64,000 nt of DNA from Antedon mediterranea (taxonomy: Eukaryota; Animalia; Echinodermata): contig NC_092674.1 in assembly GCF_964355755.1 (NCBI RefSeq), positions 3,658,001 through 3,722,000 on the forward strand. The letters run 5' to 3'. Below, one piece after another: positions 61,100 to 64,000 of the stretch; position 1 is the stretch's first letter; every line of letters starts with the position of its first letter. Position numbers and translations under genes: made by a program. The notes beneath the pieces are model-generated. The model made no database searches and was not told where the DNA came from. It was given only the letters and a program-made list of their open reading frames with translations.

Positions 61100-62912
61100 T
61101 TAAATACAGATCTCCAATAGAACCCCTATTAAGGGGACACATTCAGAACCCCTATTAAGGGGACCCAATGGAACCCCTATTAAGGGGACACATTCAAATC
61201 CTATTAAGGGGATACATTCAGAACCCCTATTAAAGGACAACTGTACCGAGGACCATATTTTAAAAACGTATTAGGGGTATACATATGATTTCAGAACCAT
61301 CGAGGATATCGCCGCACGCGCTCGCCGTACAGCCGTCGCCGTAAATTGCTGTGACGTCACAGGTGCATCGCATAATCTACTTAATGAGTTTTCGCTGTTG
61401 TTACCATACAATAGATAGGTACCGTCACTTCAATTGCTTATTTAACCTTTTAAATTACTTAAATTTGCCAAAATGTTTTCCTGGTATTTTGAAGAAACAC
61501 TTCAATATCCATATAGACAAAACAAACAATAAAACAATTCAACTTTTATATTTTTTACAATTTATTTAAAAAGTGTGTTTACTAGAAATGTTCGCGCTTT
61601 GCGAGACTTGTCTATGGGACCCGAAGAGTAGCTAGTAGAAACATGACGTATGACGTTCTGGAATCATTCAACCATATCGGACTCAAAACTTTTTCTCTGC
61701 TAGCTAGCGATTTTTGGGCCGTGCGAGCTTCCTCCTCCTCGTGTGTGTGACGGTGGTGTGATCAACATTGTGTAGAGTAGTATAGTAGAGAGAGGGAACT
61801 GAAAATGCCGGCGTGTTTTGAGTCCGATATGGTTGAATGATTCCAGAACGTCATACGTCATGTTTCTACTAGCTACTCTTCGGGTCCCATAGACAAGTCT
61901 CGCAAAGCGCGAACATTTCTAGTAAACACACTTTTTAAATAAATCGTAAAAAATATAAAAGTTGAATTGTTTTATTGTTTGTTTTGTCTATCTGGATATT
62001 GAAGTGTTTCTTCAAAATACCAGGAAAACATTTTGGCAAATTTAAGTAATTTAAAAGGTTAAATAAGCAATTGAAGTGACGGTACCTATCTATTGTATGG
62101 TAACAACAGCGAAAACTCATTAAGTAGATTATGCGATGCACCTGTGACGTCACAGCAATTTACGGCGATGGCTGTACGGCGAGCGCGTGCGGCGATATCC
62201 TCGATTTCGCGATGGTTCTGAAATCATGTATACCCCTAATACGTTTTTAAAATATGGTCCTCGGTACAGTTGTCCTTTAAGGGGACCCAATGGAACCCCT
62301 ATTAAGGGGACACATTCAGAACCCCTATTAGGGGACACATTCAGAACTCCTATTACGGGACACATCCAGAACCCCTATTAAGGGGACACATTCAGAACTC
62401 CTATTAAGGGGACACATCCAAAACCTCTATTAAGGGAATACATCCAGAACCCCTATTAAGGGGGCACATCCAGAACCCCTATTAGGGGACACATTCAGAA
62501 CTCCTATTAGGGAACACATTCAGAACCCCTATTAGGGGACACATTCAGAACTCCTATTAGGGGACACATTCAGAACCCCTATTAAAGGGACACATTCAGA
62601 ACCCCTATTAAAGGGACACATCCAGAACCCCTATTAGGGGACACATTCAGAACCCATATTAAGGGGACACATTCAGAACTTCTATTAAGGGGACACATCC
62701 AGAACCTCTATTAAGGGGATACATTTGGAACCCCTATTAAGGAGACACATTTGGAACCCTATTAAGGGGACACATCCAGAACCCCTATTAAGGGGACACA
62801 TCCAGAACCCCTATTAAGGGGACACATCCAGGACCCCTATTAAGGGGACACATCCAGAACCCCTATTAAGAGGACACATACAGGACCCCTATTAAGGGGA
62901 CACATCCAGGAC
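61100..62912. repeat. ~25-bp minisatellite (AGAACCCCTATTAAGGGGACACAT(T/C)C), about 5 units left and about 25 units right of an inserted transposon
   Basis: Same orientation at 61100-61233 and 62277-62912; the unit matches the subterminal motif of the Tc1/mariner-type MITE at 29744. Confidence 0.92.
61234..62276. mobile_element. Kolobok-like non-autonomous foldback transposon (~460-bp TIRs, TTAA TSD)
   Basis: TTAA-AGGACAACTGTACCGAGG...CCTCGGTACAGTTGTCCT-TTAA. Arms 61234-61689 and 61815-62276 are nearly identical, with a 125-bp spacer. Purine (AGG) termini with TTAA fit Kolobok better than piggyBac. Confidence 0.85.
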
Positions 62913-62977
62913 TGATTAAAATGTCCCCTTAACGGGCGGGGATGTTCTTAATTTGTCTACTACAGTACTAAGTAAAA

Positions 62978-64000
62978 CTAGACATGAAACTCGTCACTTT
63001 GACGAGTTAGTTATCCGCACGACAGATGCCACGTGCACGTCATACGTTAAAAACTATAATAAGAGGTGGTCCTGTATTTTCGCCTTGTATTATAATTATA
63101 CAGTACACTGTGTATAAAAGGAGACATTAATTTTACATGATACAGAGGGCGGCAAACAACAATTTGCTCACATCAGAGACTATGCTGGTGTACATTGTAC
63201 TACTGTATATTATATGACATATTAACTGAATTATGGGACCTGCCTTTAATTCAAATATTTAACATGATGACGTCATAAAAAAAACAACACAACGATAGCA
63301 ATTTCTGAAGAAAATTATCTTAGCAACAACATATTAACGTGTAGAAGAAATTTGAATACGTAAAATGTTGGTGCGCGCACATTTAAATGTGATGAACTAT
63401 TACGCAAAATATGAAAATACGACTTTTTTTATTCAACTGGCAATATGATGACGTCACAACATCCGATTGGCAAAATGTTTACATGAATTCGTATCTACAA
63501 TCCTATAGCTTCCAGAAAACGTTTTAATCGTGATTATCACATTTTATTCTTACGAGCTATTACAGATTAAAATTTACTGTAAAGATGAAATTAATGACCC
63601 ACGTAATTAAAATTTTTAGGCATGATGACGTTATAAAAATGTAAATATTTTTTTCTCATGCTAAAGAAAGTTGATTGACCTAGACAATATATAAATATAG
63701 GAGAAAAAGGAATACAGATAAGCGTGATGCGCTCCATTGAATGTGATGAGCAATAACGAAACAGACAAAAATCCTATATTTTACATTCGTGTGGCCATAC
63801 GATTACGTCACAATGTTTTTTTAGCCTTATCGATGCATGATCCGATATCTGCAACTCATCAACTTCTAGATTTTGTAATAAAAATAAACGGTTCACGGTT
63901 TACTTTAGAAACTATGACTGTTTAAAAAAAGACATTATTTTGATGATTTTTTAAGCTTTTTCATAAAAAACGCGCACAAATTGTCTAATTCAACGTGTTC
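62978..64000 (-). mobile_element. Probable Helitron/Helentron-type non-autonomous element (3' terminus at 62978)
   Basis: Minus strand ends with the hairpin AACTCGTCA-AAG-TGACGAGTT, 6 nt, CTAG, then TTTT. ATGATGACGT recurs internally (63265, 63445, 63623). A related hairpin lies at 14341-14361. The far end is not defined. Confidence 0.45.

Noticed and set aside
61351-62153. Twin 72-aa ORFs on opposite strands as a duplicated small gene
   Set aside because: They are mirror images within the transposon's inverted arms, start at GTG and have no recognisable domain.
61100-62912. 25-bp and 41-bp (48379-48807) arrays as CRISPR arrays
   Set aside because: No spacers; they are degenerate tandem minisatellites.

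Overview
AT-rich, intron-containing animal genomic DNA. It looks like a marine invertebrate, probably a non-vertebrate deuterostome such as an echinoderm (inference). Four protein-coding genes were reconstructed by hand from splice sites and frame continuity: (1) a complete chordin-like BMP antagonist (+, 10 coding exons, 5595-17043, 464 aa, three VWC domains); (2) POLD3, the p66 subunit of DNA polymerase delta (-, 10 exons, 35629-29468, 484 aa, one GC-AG intron, C-terminal PIP box); (3) an intronless mitochondrial ferrochelatase (+, 35891-37135), head-to-head with POLD3; (4) a 5'-incomplete IQCJ-SCHIP1-type gene (-, at least 10 exons, 57430-42090) whose last exon appears usable in two reading frames. 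Non-coding DNA is dense with non-autonomous transposons: two large PIF/Harbinger-type MITE families, an IS3EU-like element carrying a 26-copy NotI-site minisatellite, a Kolobok-like foldback element inserted in a 25-bp minisatellite, a MULE-like MITE, Deu/Nin-type SINEs, a decayed CR1/L2-group LINE and RTE fragments. No CRISPR array, rRNA or intact tRNA gene was found. All coordinates and counts were read by eye and no database searches were run.
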